Positions 38,430-52,818 of a DNA stretch of 64,000 nucleotides are shown here, one piece after another (position 1 is the stretch's first letter; each line of letters begins with the position of its first letter). The position numbers and the translations under genes are program-made. The notes under the pieces were generated by a model. The model saw only the letters and a program-made list of their open reading frames with translations, searched no databases and was not told the origin of the DNA. This DNA comes from Chiloscyllium plagiosum (taxonomy: Eukaryota): NCBI RefSeq assembly GCF_004010195.1, contig NC_057752.1, positions 9,309,323 through 9,373,322 of the forward strand, given 5' to 3'.

Positions 38430-41400
38430 GTCATTGAGTCATAGAGACGTACAGCATAGAAACAGACCCTTCAGTCCAACCCCTCCATGCCGACCAGATA
38501 TCCCAACCCAATCCAGCCCCACCTGCCAGCACCCGGCCCATATCCCTCCAAACCCTTCCTATTCATATACCAATTCAAATGCCTTTTAACTGTTGCAATT
38601 GTACCAGCCTCCACCACATCCTCTGGCAGCTCATTCCATACACGTACCACCCTCTGTGTGAAAACGTTGCCACTCACGTCCCTTTTATATGTTTCCCCTC
38701 TCACCTTAAACCTATACCCTCTAGTTCTGGACTCCCCCAGCCCAGGGAAAATTCTTTGTCTATTTATCCTATCCATGCCCCTCATAATTTTGTAAACCTC
38801 CATAAGGTCACCTCTCAGCCTCCGACACTCCAGGGAAAATAGCCCCAGCCTGTTCAGCCTCTCCCTTTAGCTCAAATCCTCCAACCCTAGCAACATCCTT
38901 GTAAATCTTTTCTGAACCCTTTCAAGTTTCACAACATCTTTCCGATAGGAAGGAGACCAGAATTGTATGCAATATTCCAACAGTGGCCTAACCAATGTAC
39001 TGTGCAGCCACAACATGACCTCGCAACTCCTGTACTCAATACTCTGACCAATAAAAGAAAGCATACCAAACGCCTTCTTCACTATCCTATCTACCTGCGA
39101 CTCCACTTTCAAGGAGCTATGAACCTGCACTCCAAGGTCTCTTTGTTCAGCAACACTCCCAAGGACCTTACCATTAAGTGTATAAGTCCTGCTAAGATTT
39201 GCTTTCCCAAAATGCAGCACCTCGCATTTATCTGAATTAAACTCCATCTGCCACTTCTCAGCCCATTGGCCCATCTGATCAAGATTCTATTGTAATCTGA
39301 GGTAACCACCTTAGCTGTTCACTACATCTCCAATGTTGGTGTTATCTGCAAACTTACTAACTGTACCTCTTATGCTCACATCCAAATCATTTATGTAAAT
39401 GACAAAAAGTAGAGGCCCTAGCACTCCACTGGTCACAGACCTCCAGTCTGAAAAACAACCCTCCACCACCACCCTCTGTCTTCTACCTTTGAGCCAGTTC
39501 TGTATCCAAATGGCTAGTTCTCCCTGTATTCCATGAGATCTAACCTTGCTAATCAGTCTCCCATGGGGAACCTTACTGATGTCCATATAGATCACATCTA
39601 CCGTTCTGCCCTCATCAATCCTCTTTGTTACTTCTTCAAAAAACTCAATCAAGTTTGTGAGACATGATTTCCCACACAGAGACATGTTGACTATCCCTAA
39701 TCATTCCTTGCCTTTCCAAATACGTGTACATCCTGTCCCTCAGGATTCCCTCCAACAACTTGCCCACCACCGAGGTCAGGCTCACTGGTCTATAGTTCCC
39801 TGGCTTGTCCTTACCACCCTTCTTAAGCAGTGGCACCACGTTAGCCAACCTCCAGTCTTCCGGCACCTCATCTGTGACTATTGATGATACAAATATTTCA
39901 ACAAGAGGCCCAGCAATCACTTCCCTAGCTTCCCACAGTGTTCTAGGGTACACCTGATCAGGTCCTGGGGATTTATTCACCTTTATGCATTTTAAGACAT
40001 CCAGCACTTCCTCCTCTGTAATATGGACATTTTGCAAGGTGTCATTATCTATTTCGCTACTTTCTATATCTTCCATATCCTTTTCCACAGTAAATACTGA
40101 TGCAAAGTACTCGTTTAGTATCTCCCCCATTTTCTGCGGCTCCACACAAAGGCCACCTTGCTGATCTTTGAGGCGCCCTATTCTCTCCCTAGTTACCCTT
40201 TTGTCCCTAATGTATTTGCAAAAACCCTTTGGATTCTCCTGAACTCTATTTGCCAAAGCTATCTCATGTCCCCTTTTTGCCCGTCCTGATTTCCCTCTTA
40301 AGTATACTCCTACTTCCTTTATACTGTTCTAAGGATTCCCTTGATCTATCCTGTTTATACCTTACATAGGCTTCCTTCTTTTTCTTAACCAAACCCTCAA
40401 TTTCTTTAGTCATCCAGCATTCCCTATACCTACCAGCCCTTCCTTTCACCCTGACAGGAATATACTTTCTCTGTAATCTCATTTCTGAAGGCTTCCCATT
40501 TTCCAGCCGTCCCTTTACCTGCCAACATCTGCCTCCAATCAGCTTTTGAAAGTTCTGGCCTAATACCATCAAAATTGGCCTTTCTCCAATTTAGAACTTC
40601 AACTTTTAGATCTGGTCTATCCTTTTCCATCACTATTTTAAAANNNNNNNNNNNNNNNNNNNNNNNNNNNNNNNNNNNNNNNNNNNNNNNNNNNNNNNNN
40701 NNNNNNNNNNNNNNNNNNNNNNNNNNNNNNNNNNNNNNNNNNNNNNNNNNNNNNNNNNNNNNNNNNNNNNNNNNNNNNNNNNNNNNNNNNNNNNNNNNNN
40801 NNNNNNNNNNNNNNNNNNNNNNNNNNNNNNNNNNNNNNNNNNNNNNNNNNNNNNNNNNNNNNNNNNNNNNNNNNNNNNNNNNNNNNNNNNNNNNNNNNNN
40901 NNNNNNNNNNNNNNNNNNNNNNNNNNNNNNNNNNNNNNNNNNNNNNNNNNNNNNNNNNNNNNNNNNNNNNNNNNNNNNNNNNNNNNNNNNNNNNNNNNNN
41001 NNNNNNNNNNNNNNNNNNNNNNNNNNNNNNNNNNNNNNNNNNNNNNNNNNNNNNNNNNNNNNNNNNNNNNNNNNNNNNNNNNNNNNNNNNNNNNNNNNNN
41101 NNNNNNNNNNNNNNNNNNNNNNNNNNNNNNNNNNNNNNNNNNNNNNNNNNNNNNNNNNNNNNNNNNNNNNNNNNNNNNNNNNNNNNNNNNNACACCAGCT
41201 CCTCAGCCATACATTCATCTGCTCTATTCTCCTATTCCTGCCCTCACTAGCTCGTAGCACTGGGAGTAATCCAGATATTACTACCCTTGAGGACCTCCTT
41301 TTTAAATTTCTGCCTAACTCTCTGTAATCTCCCTTCAGAATCTCAACCTTTTCCCTTCCAATGTCGTTGGTTCCAATGTGGACAATAACCTCCTGCTGGC

Positions 41401-41610
41401 CCCTCTCCCCCGTGAGAATATCCTCCATCCTCTCTGAGACATCCTTGATCCTGGCACCAGGGAAGCAACACACTATTCTGATTTTTCGCTGCTGGCCACA
41501 GAAACCTCTGTCTGTACCTCGGATTACAGAATCCCCTAACACAATTGATCTTTTGGAACCCGACGTACCTCACATTGCATTAGAGCTAGTCTCAATACCA
41601 GAAACTTGGC
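38430..41610 (-). mobile_element. Long young CR1-type LINE: ORF1 SGNH-esterase region plus frameshifted ORF2 RT, with gap 40644-41191
   Basis: ORF1 LGDSVIRG, CCFPGA, VHIGTNDIG; ORF2 KSPGPDQVYPR, PGNYRPVSLTS, GKSCLTNL, SKFADNT. Confidence 0.95.
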
Positions 41611-42725
41611 TGATGAGCCATTACTCCCCAGACCTAGAATACAGTAAAATGCTGTCCCTACTATCTGCCGCGAGAGTTCACCGTAGTCTACATACCACCT
41701 CATGCGGATGTGAAGAATGCCCTGGACGAAATTTACACTGCCACAAACACTCTAGAGACAAAATTCCCTGAGGCCTTATTCATCATGGCCAGTGACTTCA
41801 ACTAAGCCAACCTCAAGAGGGTGCTGCCAAAGTAGCACCAACACATCTCCTATCCCACCAGAGGACCGAACATCCTGGACCACTGCTACAAAACCAACAA
41901 AGACCCCTACCGCTCCATCCTCCACCCACACTTTGGAAAATCAGATCATAATGCTGTGTTCTTCTTCCCAGCTTATGCTAAAATGGGAGGATCCTCCACA
42001 AAAAGTACAATGCTGGTCCAAGGCAGTGGAAGACTGTCTCTGGGACTGCTTGGAATCAGTGGACTGGATCATATTCAAGTAGTCAGCAGAAAACCTAGAC
42101 AAGTATGCCGCTGCCATCACAGACTTCATTAGCAAATGCATGGAGGTCTGTGTACCAAAGAGGTCAATCCGGGCGTTCCCCAATCAGAAACCTTGGATAA
42201 ACCGGGAAATCCACACCTTACTGAAGACCAGACACGCAGCATTCAAAGTCGGATGACCCAGACCTATATAGAAAATCCTGAGGTGACCTCCACAAAGCCA
42301 TCAGGGATGCCAAGAGGCAGTACTGGACCGAGTTAGAGGCCCAAACCAACCAAACAGAAACCCATTGCCTGTGGCAAGGCCTAACTAACATAACAGGATA
42401 CAAAATGAATCAGAGCAAGATAGAGGGCAAAGACACATCCCTCCCTAATGCGCTCAACACTTTCTGTGCCTGGTTCGAGCAGAATGCCAGTGGCATNNNN
42501 NNNNNNNNNNNNNNNNNNNNNNNNNNNNNNNNNNNNNNNNNNNNNNNNNNNNNNNNNNNNNNNNNNNNNNNNNNNNNNNNNNNNNNNNNNNNNNNNNNNN
42601 NNNNNNNNNNNNNNNNNNNNNNNNNNNNNNNNNNNNNNNNNNNNNNNNNNNNNNNNNNNNNNNNNNNNNNNNNNNNNNNNNNNNNNNNNNNNNNNNNNNN
42701 NNNNNNNNNNNNNNNNNNNNNNNNN

Positions 42726-43448
42726 GGGGGTGGGGAGAAAGTAGCATAGAGTACAATAGGTGAGTGGGGGAGGGGATGAAGGTGATAGGTCAGGGAGGAG
42801 GGTGGAGTGGATAGGTGGAAAAGGAGATAGGCAGGTAGGACAAGTCATGGGGACAGTGCTGAGCTGGAAGGTTGGAACTGGGGTGAGGTGGGGGAAGGGG
42901 AAATGAGGAAACTGTTGAAGTCCACATTGATGCCCTGGGGTTGAAGTGTTCTGAGGCCGAAGATGAGGCATTCTTCCTCCAGGCGTCGGGTGGTGAGGGA
43001 GCAGCAGTGGAGGTGGCCCAGGACCTGCATGTCCTCGGCTGAGTGGGAGGGGGAGTTGAAATGTTGGGCCACAGGGCAGTGTGATTGATTGGTGCGGGTG
43101 TCCCGGAGATGTTCCCTAAAGCACTCTGCGAGGAGGCGTCCAGTCTCCCCAATGTAGAGGAGACCACATCGGGAGCAATGGATACAATAAACGATATTGG
43201 TGGACGTGCAGGTAAAACTTTGATAGATTTGGAAGGCTCCTTTAGGGCCTTGGATGGAGGTGAGGGAGGAGGTGTGGGCATAGGTTTTACAGTTCCTGCG
43301 GTGGCAGGGGAAGGTGCCAGGAAGGGAGGGTGGGTTGTTGGGTGGGGGGGGGACGTAGACCTGACCAGGTAGTCACGGAGATAACGGTCTTTGCGGAAAG
43401 CAGAAAGGGGTGGGGAGGGAATTATATCCCTGGTGGTGGGGTCCGTTT
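42726..43448 (-). mobile_element. PLE GIY-YIG fragment
   Basis: PPLSAFRKDRYLRDYLVRS, LYIGETGR, AQHFNSPSHS and RRLEEECLIFGLRTLQPQGINVDF. Confidence 0.9.
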
Positions 43449-43692
43449 GTCCTGTACGGACCAACTGGCAGAGGTAGTCACTGACATCTTCAACCTCTCC
43501 CTCTGCAAGCCGAAGTCGCCACCTGTTTCAAGAAGGCCACCATCATCCCAGTACCTAAGAAAGCACATGCAACGTGCCTTAATGACTACTATCCAATGGC
43601 TCTGACCACCAAAAATCATGAAGTGCTTCGAGAGGCTGGTCATGGCTCACATCAGTTCTAGTCTCCCAGCCTGCGTCGATCCCCTATAATTT

Positions 43693-46609
43693 AGGTAAAA
43701 ACAATGACGGCAGATGCTGGAAACCAGATTCTGGATTATTGGTGCTGGAAAAGCACAGCAGTGTAGGCAGCATCCGAGGAGCAGGAAAATCGACGTTTTG
43801 GGCAAAAGCTCTTCATCAGGAATACAGGCAGAGTGCCTAAAGGGTGGAGAGATAAATGAGAGGAGGGTGGGGGTGGGGAGAAAGTAGNNNNNNNNNNNNN
43901 NNNNNNNNNNNNNNNNNNNNNNNNNNNNNNNNNNNNNNNNNNNNNNNNNNNNNNNNNNNNNNNNNNNNNNNNNNNNNNNNNNNNNNNNNNNNNNNNNNNN
44001 NNNNNNNNNNNNNNNNNNNNNNNNNNNNNNNNNNNNNNNNNNNNNNNNNNNNNNNNNNNNNNNNNNNNNNNNNNNNNNNNNNNNNNNNNNNNNNNNNNNN
44101 NNNNNNNNNNNNNNNNNNNNNNNNNNNNNNNNNNNNNNNNNNNNNNNNNNNNNNNNNNNNNNNNNNNNNNNNNNNNNNNNNNNNNNNNNNNNNNNNNNNN
44201 NNNNNNNNNNNNNNNNNNNNNNNNNNNNNNNNNNNNNNNNNNNNNNNNNNNNNNNNNNNNNNNNNNNNNNNNNNNNNNNNNNNNNNNNNNNNNNNNNNNN
44301 NNNNNNNNNNNNNNNNNNNNNNCCCATTCGTGCGGTGGCAGGGGAGGGTTCCAGGAAGGGAGGGTGGGTTGTTCGGGGGCGTGCACCTGACCATTTAGTC
44401 AAGGAGGGAACGGTCTTTGCAGAAAACGGAACTGGATGCGGAGGAAAATATACCTCTGGTGGTGTGGTCCATTTGGAGGTGACAGAAATGTCTTCGGATG
44501 ATGTGATTTATGTGAAGGTTGGTAGGTTGGAAGGTGAGCACCGGAGGCGTTTTGTCCTTGTTATGGTTGGAGGGGTAGGGTTTGAGGGCGGAGGTGTGGG
44601 ATGTGGACAAGATGCGTTGGAGGGCATCTTTAACCACGTGGGAAGGGAAATTGCGGTCTCTAAAGAAGGAGGCCATCTGGTGTTTTCTGTGGTGGAACTG
44701 GTCCTCCTGGGAGCAGATACGGCAGAGGCGGAGGAATTGAGAATACAGGATGGCATTTTTGCAGGAGGTAGGTTGGGAAGAGGTGTAATTCAGGTAGTTG
44801 TGCGAGTCAGTGGGTTTGTAAAAAATGGCGGTGTCAAGTCGGTCGTCATTAATGGAGATGGAGAGGTCCAGGAAGGGGAGGGAGGTGTCAGAGATGGTCC
44901 AGGTGAATTTAAGGTTGGGGTGGAATGTGTTGGTGAAGTTGATGAATTGCTCAACCTTCTCGCGGGAGCATGAGGTGGCGCCAATGCAGTCATCATTGTA
45001 GCGGAAGAAGAGGTGGGGAGTGGTGCCGGTGTAATTATGAAAGATGGACTGTTCTACGTAGCCAACAAAGAGACAGGCATAGCTGGGGCCCATACGGGTG
45101 CCCATGGCTACCCCTTTGGTCTGGAGGAAGTGGGAGGATTCAAAGGAGTAATTGTTAAGGGTGAAGACCAGTCCGGCCAAATGAATGAGAGTGTCGGTGG
45201 AAGGGTACTGTTGGGGACCTTGGGAGAGGAAGAAACGGTGGGCTTGGAGGCTCTGGTCATGGCGGATGGAGGTGTAGAGGGACTGGATATCCATGGTGAA
45301 GGTGAGGCGTTGGTGGCCGGGGAAACAGACGTCTTAGAGGAGGTGGAGGTCATGGGTGGTGTCTCGAACGTATGTGGGGAGTTCCTGGACTAGGGGGGTT
45401 AGGACAGTGTTGAGGTAGGTAGAGATGAGTTCAGTGGGGCAGGAGCATGCTGAGACAATGGGTCGGCCAGGGTGGTCAGGCTTGTGGATCTTGGGAAGGA
45501 GGTAGAGCCAGGCAGTGCGGGGTTCCCAGACGATGAGGTTGGAAGCTGTGGGTGGGAGATCTCCTGAGGTGATGAGGTTCTGTATGGTCTGGGAGATGAT
45601 GGTTTGGTGATGGGTCATGGTCGAGGGGGTAGTAGGAGGAGGTGTCCTCGAGTTGCTGTCTGGCTTCAGCGGTATAGAGGTCAGTGCGCCAGACTACCAC
45701 TGCACCCCCTTTATCTGCTGGCTTGATGGTGAGGTCGGGATTGGAGCAGAGGGAGTGGAGGGCTGTGCATTGTGAGGGTGAGAGGTTGGGGTGGGGGAGG
45801 GGGGTAGACAAGTTGAGGCGGTTAATGTCCCGGCGAAGGGGTCCTCGGAAGGTGGGCAGGAGTTCTGATTGTAAAAGTAAGCTCGGAGGCGGAGGCGGCG
45901 GAAGAAGTGTTCGACGTCACGGCATGTATTAAATTCATTGATGTGTGGGTGGAGGGAGATGAAGACTGATCGTTCGTCCTCAGTGAGGGGGAGGTCTGGA
46001 GGGATGGTGAAAACTCGGCAGGGCTGGGAGCTGGGATCTGGTGTGGGTGTGGAGCTGGGAGTAGGGACGGAGCCTGTAACTGGAGNNNNNNNNNNNNNNN
46101 NNNNNNNNNNNNNNNNNNNNNNNNNNNNNNNNNNNNNNNNNNNNNNNNNNNNNNNNNNNNNNNNNNNNNNNNNNNNNNNNNNNNNNNNNNNNNNNNNNNN
46201 NNNNNNNNNNNNNNNNNNNNNNNNNNNNNNNNNNNNNNNNNNNNNNNNNNNNNNNNNNNNNNNNNNNNNNNNNNNNNNNNNNNNNNNNNNNNNNNNNNNN
46301 NNNNNNNNNNNNNNNNNNNNNNNNNNNNNNNNNNNNNNNNNNNNNNNNNNNNNNNNNNNNNNNNNNNNNNNNNNNNNNNNNNNNNNNNNNNNNNNNNNNN
46401 NNNNNNNNNNNNNNNNNNNNNNNNNNNNNNNNNNNNNNNNNNNNNNNTCTATGCTACTTTCTCCCTACCCCCACCCTCCTCTCATTTATCTCTCCACCCT
46501 TCAGGCACTCTGCTTGTATTCCTGATGAAGGGCTTTTGCCCGAAACGTCGATTTTCCTGCTCCTCGGATGCTGCCTGAACGGCTGTGCTTTTCCAGCACC
46601 ACTAATCCA
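43693..46609 (-). mobile_element. Long Penelope-like element with RT and inverted hammerhead-bearing termini
   Basis: IKPADKGGAVVV, LYLLPKIHK, MDIQSLYTSI, QTKGVAMGTRMGPSYA, FFRYNDD, LPFLD, YKPTDSH; 15-bp TSD GATCCCCTATAATTT at 43678-43692 and 46610-46624. Confidence 0.95.
46522..46549 (+). ncRNA. Minimal type I hammerhead ribozyme motif (intact core)
   Basis: CTGATGA-A-GGGC-TTTT-GCCC-GAAA-CGTC; mirrored copy at 43792-43819 has GAAA changed to AAAA. Confidence 0.8.
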
Positions 46610-47631
46610 GATCCCCTATAATTTGCCTACTGACGTAACAGGTCCTCAGCAGACACCATTTTCCTTCCCTTATACTCATCCCTGGAACACCTGGAAAAGA
46701 AGGACACCTCCATCAGACTCCTGTTCATTGACTACAGCTCCACCTTCAACACCATGATCCCCTCGAGACTGACCTTAAAACTCAGGCCTAGGTTTCAGTT
46801 CCACCCTCTGTAACTGGATCCTCAGCTTCCTGACCCACAGACCGCAATCAGTGAGGATAGACAACAGCATATCCTCCATGATAACACACAATACTGGAGC
46901 CCCCCCACCAAGGATGTGTTCTCAGCCCCCTATTGTACTCCCTCTACACCCACAACTGTGTTGCCAATTTCAGAATGAATGCCATCTCCAAGTTTGCTGA
47001 TGACACCACTATGCTAGGCTGGATATCTAACAACGAAGAGTCAAAATACAGGAAGGAGATAGAGGGCTTGGTGACCTGGTACAATGATAACAACCTGTCT
47101 CTGAATGTTGGCAAAACTAAAGAACTGCTCACTGACGTCAGAGAGAAAAGAGGAGAACACACCCCCATCTACATCGACAGAACTGAGGTTGAGAGCGCCA
47201 AGTTCCTTGGAGTGATGATAAACGAACACCTGTCCCGGACTTCCCACGTAGATGTGATGGTCAAGAAGATACAACAATGCCTCTTCTTCCTCAGGTGGCT
47301 CAGAAAATTCGGCATGTCCACAAGGTCCCTCACCAACCTTTAAAGATGTACCACTGAAAGCATACTGTCCCGGTGCATAACGACCTGGTATGGTAACTGC
47401 TCTGCCCAGGACTGGAAGAAACTACAGAAGGTTGGGTGCACAGCCCAGACCATCACGAAAGCCAACCTTCCATCCATGGACTCCACTTACATGGGTCGTT
47501 GCTATGGAAAGGCTGCCAACATCAGGAAGACCCATGCCACCCAGTAATGCTCTCCTCAAACCTCTTCAATCAGGCAGAAGATACAGAAGATTGAACACAC
47601 GGACCAGCAGGTTCAGGAACAGCTTCTTCCC

Positions 47632-49870
47632 AATCATGGTCTGCCCACCTTTTTTATTTTTGTGCCAGACAGGAATCAGCAATTGTTGCAGTTCCTCCAT
47701 GCACTCTTTAAATGTTTTCCTTTGCCCATCTACCATCATCCCTTTAAGTAATGTTCCCTAATTTATCATAGTCAGGTTGCGCCTCATACCATTGTCATTT
47801 CCTTTATTTAGATTCAGGATCCTAGTTTCAGAATCAACTATGTTACTTTCCATCTTAATGAAGAATTCTATTATATTATGGTCACACTTCCCAAAGGGGC
47901 CTCGCACAGCTCGATTGCCAATTATTCACTTCTCATAACACAATATTCAGTCTAGGAGGCCCGTTCTCTATTTGGTTCCTCAACCTATTGATGCAGAAAG
48001 CCATCCCAAACACACTTGGAACTCTTCCTCCAAGCTATTGTTATTTGATTTGCCCAATCTTTACGTATTCAAGTCACCCATAACTACAGCTGTATTTTTG
48101 TTGTTTGCATCTCCAAATGTCCTGTTTAATACCTTTCCCACGTTACCACTATATACAACACTATCATTTTCTGCCCCTTGGTGTTTTTAAGCTCTAGGTT
48201 CCATTTGCCAGAGTAAATATCCTTTCTCATATTTGCGTTAATGCCTTTTTTAACCAGCAATGCCTCTCAACATTCATCTCCTTTTCGTCTGTCCTTTCTA
48301 AAATCGGAATACCCCTGGGATATTCAGTTCCCATCCCTGGTCACCCTGCAGCCACTTCTCCATAATCCCAACTATATTAAACCCATTCACATCTATGTCC
48401 GTGATTAGTTCAGGTCTGAGCTTGCTACTCAAGAGACCACAAGACACAGAATGGCCTGTTCCCTAGTTGGTTCTGCAACCTAGTGATCCAGAAAACCATC
48501 CCATACACTTCAGGAATTCCTCCTCTAAAGGTTTTGTTACTGATTTGATTTGCCTAATCTAGATGTGGATTAACATCATCCATAACTACAGCTGTATATT
48601 TGTTGTTTGCATCTCTAAATGTCCTGTTTAATGCCTTCCCCACATTACCACTACATCCAACACCCTATCATTTTCTGCCCCTTAGTGTTTTTAAGCTCAG
48701 ACTACACTTCACCAGATCTAATGTTCTCTCATGTTGGTGTTAATTCCTTTTTAACCAGCAATGCTACCCCACCTTCATTTCTTTTTCATCTGTCCAACCA
48801 AAAAATGGAATGCCCCTGGGATATTCAGTTCCCATCCCTGGTCACCCTGCAGCCACTTCTCCATAATCCCAACTATATTAAACCCATTCACATCTATGTC
48901 AGTGATTAATTCATCCACTTTATTACGAATGTTCTGCACATTAAGACACAAGGCCTTAAGGCTGGTCTTTTCAAACATTTAGTCCCATTCTCATTATTTT
49001 GCCACATGTGGCCCGGATATCCTTGCCTTTTAATTCTTAGCCTAATCACTTTCTTATTTCCCATTCAGTTTTTTGTTTTTGCCCTGTTTCCTTCTCTTCT
49101 ATCTCCTTGTATAGTTTCCAATCCCCCTGCCATTTCAGTTTAAACCCTCCCCAACAAACACTGGCATTTCCTTCCTAGGACATCAGTCCTGGTCCTGTCC
49201 AGGTGGATCCTATCCAATCTGTACTGGGCCATCCCCCCCAGATCCAGTCCCAAGATCTGAGGAAACTGAAACCCTCCCCCTTCACCATCTCTCCAGCCAC
49301 TGATTGAACTGATATATCCAGCTACTTCTATTCTGACTGTGGCACAGGTAGCAACCCTGAGATCACTACCTTTGGAGGTCCTATTTTTTAAAAACCTGCT
49401 TCCTAAGTCCCTATATTCTGCTCTTAGGATCTCATTCCTTTTTGTTTTAAATCTATGCTGTTGGTATCAATGTGTAACATGACCATTGGCTGTTCACTCT
49501 CCCATCCAGAATGTTTTGTAGCCACTCTGAGACAAACTTGACCCTAGCAGCTAGGAGGCAACATTCCATCCTGAAATCTGGTTTGTGGCCATAGAAATAT
49601 CTATCTATTCCTATTGCAATTTATCCCCCTATTTAATAGCTTTTCCATATTTATTCCTCCTCTACTATGCAGCAGAGCCAACTGCGCTGTACCAAACTTG
49701 GCTGTTGCTACTTTCCTCTGAGAGGCATTTTCCCCGTTTGGTCCAAAATATTATATCTGTTTTGCAATGGAATGGTCACAGGGGACTTCTGTACTGCCTG
49801 CCAAGTCCTCTTGCTCTTTCTGTTGATCGTCCATTCCCTCCCTGCCTGTGAAGCCTTAGCCTGTGGAGTG
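47632..49870 (-). mobile_element. Old CR1-like LINE 5' part (ORF1 remnant and ORF2 endonuclease start) with internal tandem duplication
   Basis: KTSLKALCLNVQNIRNKVDEL...WLQGDQGWELNIPG; QAVQKSPVTIPLQNRYNILD. Confidence 0.8.
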
Positions 49871-50718
49871 ACCACCTCATTCCTCTTCATCCAGTTTTAA
49901 ATAGTCTACCTCTTATTGGGAGACTTATGCTATCTAAGTCTAGACTCACCAGGCAGGGAATTATCTATATCTACCCTATGTAAGGATTTTGTAAGTTTCA
50001 ATGAGATCACCTCTCATACTTCAAAATTCTAGGAAGTACAGACCTGGTTTGCTCAATCTCTGAGAATAAAATAATCCCACCATTTGATGGATTAATCTGG
50101 TGACCTCTATTGCAAGTACGTTCTTCCTTAGACAAGGAGACCAAACCTGTACACAATACTCCAGGCGAAATGTCACTGAATCTCTATAGGCGTTACAGAA
50201 AGGCCTCAGTACTCCAATCCTCTCGTGATGAAGGTCAACATACTGCTTGCCTTCTTAATTGTTTGGAACACCTGCATGACAGTTTTTAATTACTCATGAA
50301 TAAGGACATCTAGATCCCTTTGGACATGCATATTCCCTAACTTCTCACCATTTAGGAAATATTCTGAATTTCTGTTTTTTACCTCCTATCAAAGTGGATA
50401 AATTTATTCCATCTGCCATGTTTTTGCCCATTTACCCAGCCTGTCTAAGTCTTCTTGAAGCTTCCGTGCAGCCTCCTTACAACTTGTATTCCCACCAAGT
50501 TTGATGTTATCTGCAAATTCGAAAATATTATAATTGATTCCCACAGCCAAGTCTTTTTATAAATTGCGAACAGCTGAGGACCTGGTTCTGACTTTTGCGG
50601 TACCCCACTAGTAGTCGGTCATCCTAAAAATCATCCATTTATCCCTACTCTCCCTACTTTGTCTTGTTGATCAATTCTCAACCCATACCTCCCCAATCCC
50701 AGTGCTCCATGTTTTTAA

Positions 50719-50912
50719 GGAGAAAGTGAGGACTGCAGATGCTGGAGATCAGAGCTGAAAATGTGTTGCTGGGAAAGCACAGCAGGTCAGGCAGCATCCA
50801 GGGAACAGGAGAATCGACGTTTTCCTGAAGAAGGGCTCATGCCCAAAACGTCGATTCTCCTGCTCCTTGGATGCTGCCTGACCTACTGCGCTTTTCCAGC
50901 AACACATTTTCA
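50719..50912. mobile_element. Short hairpin PLE derivative with hammerhead-like motif (50825-50852)
   Basis: Inverted repeat; CTGAAGA-AGGGCTCATGCCC-AAAACGTC; 15-bp TSD GCTCCATGTTTTTAA at 50704-50718 and 50913-50927. Confidence 0.88.
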
Positions 50913-50966
50913 GCTCCATGTTTTTAAACTAACCTCCTGTGTGGAACTTTATCAAAAGCTTCCTGT

Positions 50967-51280
50967 GGGTGGCACGGTGGCACAGTGGTTAGCACTGCTG
51001 CCTCACAGCGCCAGAGACCCGGGTTCAATTCCCGCCTCAGGCGACTGACTGTGTGGAGTTTGCATGTTCTCCCCGTGTCTGCGTGGGTTTCCTCCGGGTG
51101 CTCCGGTTTCCTCCCACAGTCCAAAGAGGTGCAGGTCAGGTGAATTGGCCATGCTAAATTGCCCGTAGTGTTAGGTTAAGGGATTGGTGGGTGGCGCTTC
51201 AGCGGGGCGGTGTGGACTTGTTGGGCCAAAGGGCCTGTTTCCACACTGTAAGTAATCTAATCTAATCTAATCTAAAAAAA
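50967..51280 (+). mobile_element. HE1-like SINE
   Basis: Near copy of 640-965 with (TCTAA)n tail. Confidence 0.92.
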
Positions 51281-52146
51281 ATACTATTACACTATATCCA
51301 CTGGTTCACCCTTATCTATTGTCAAAGTAAAATCCTTAAAAGAACTAAATTAAGTTTGTCAAATGTGATTTGCCTTTCATACCATTCTTTTGTAGGTATC
51401 ATCTTCAGTTATCATCTGTTATAACAAGAGGGTGGTACGTGTATGGAATGAGCTACCAGAGCAAGTGGTAGAGGATAGTACAATTGCAACATTTAAAAGG
51501 CAGGGTTTGGAGGGACATGGATTGGGTGCTAGCAGGTGGGACTAGATTGGGTTGGGATATCTGGTCGGCATGGACGGGTTGGACCGAAGTTGAGCTGTAT
51601 GACTCTAAGTTCTAGCATTTTCCCTATGACTGACATCAAAGTAACAGGTTTGTAATTCTCCTTGCCTTGTTAGACAGTGAAAATAATTTAAGAGTACACT
51701 GCTAGGAATTATGTTGGCTGATGTTCAGATGCAGTCAAAATGCACTGATTTATAATAACCATTATATACCAAAATAAATGTTTTGAGCAGAGCTAATGAT
51801 TATACAATGTTCAGCACCATTCACGAATCCTCAGACACTGAAGCAACCATGTCCTGGACAATATTCAGACTTGGGCTTTCAGGTGGCAAGTAACATTCAC
51901 ACCACACAAGTGTCAGACAATGACCATCTCCAACAAGAGAATTCAACGATCGCCCCTTGATATTTAATGTTGAATTCCCCACTGTCAACATCCTGGGTAT
52001 TACCACTGACCAAAACCTGAACTGAAACAGCCATATAAATATTGAGGCTACAATTCAATTTCAATAAATATCTGGATTAATAGCCGACTAATGACCATGA
52101 AACTACTGTCAATTGTCAGGGAAAATTCCATCACTAACGTCCTCGT

Positions 52147-52818
52147 GGGCAGCACGGTGGCTCAGTGATTAATACTGCTGTCTCACAGTGCCAGGGACCT
52201 GGGTTCAATTCCAGCCTTGGGTGATTGTGCAAACTCCACACAGACATCCTCCCTGTATCTGTGTGGATTTCTACTTGGTGCCCCAGTTTCCTTCCATAGC
52301 CCAAAGATTAGATTAGATTAGATTAGATTACTTACAGTGTGGAAACAGGCCCTTCGGCCCAACAAGTCCACACCGACCCGCCGAAGCGTAACCCACCCAT
52401 ACCCCTACATTTACCCCCTTTACCTAACACTACGGGCAATTTAGCATGGCCAATTCACCTGACTTGCACATCTTTGGACTGTGGGAGGAAACCGGAGCAC
52501 CCGGAGGAAACCCACGCAGACACGGGGAGAACGTGCAAACTCCACACAGTCAGTCGCCTGAGGCGGGAATTGAACCCGGGTCTCAGGCGCTGCGAGGCAG
52601 CAGTGCTAACCACTGTGCCACCGTGCCGCCCATAAGATTAAGTGGATTGGCTGTTCTAGATTGCCTATAGTGTCCAGGGATGTGCAGCCTAGGTGGGTTT
52701 GCCATGGGAAATGCCGTGTTATGGGCATATGGTGGGGGTCTGGGTGGGATCCTCTTCGAAGGGTCAGTGCAGACCCAGTGGGCCGAATGATCTCTTTCTG
52801 CACTGTAGGGATTCTACG
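52147..52818 (+). mobile_element. Older HE1-like SINE containing a younger antisense SINE (52309-52631)
   Basis: tRNA-like head at 52147; young copy in reverse orientation; older SINE resumes at 52632. Confidence 0.88.

Larger units (their letters stand above)
41612..47630 (+). mobile_element. Rex1/Babar-like LINE split by PLE insertions (segments 41612-42496, 43449-43692, 46610-47630)
   Basis: Endonuclease-like LDHCY and [84 protein letters not shown]. Confidence 0.85.
49875..51660 (-). mobile_element. Old CR1-like LINE 3' half with nested inserts
   Basis: Similar to 36060-37170; QEAFDKVPHRRL reading at 50930-50965. Confidence 0.75.
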
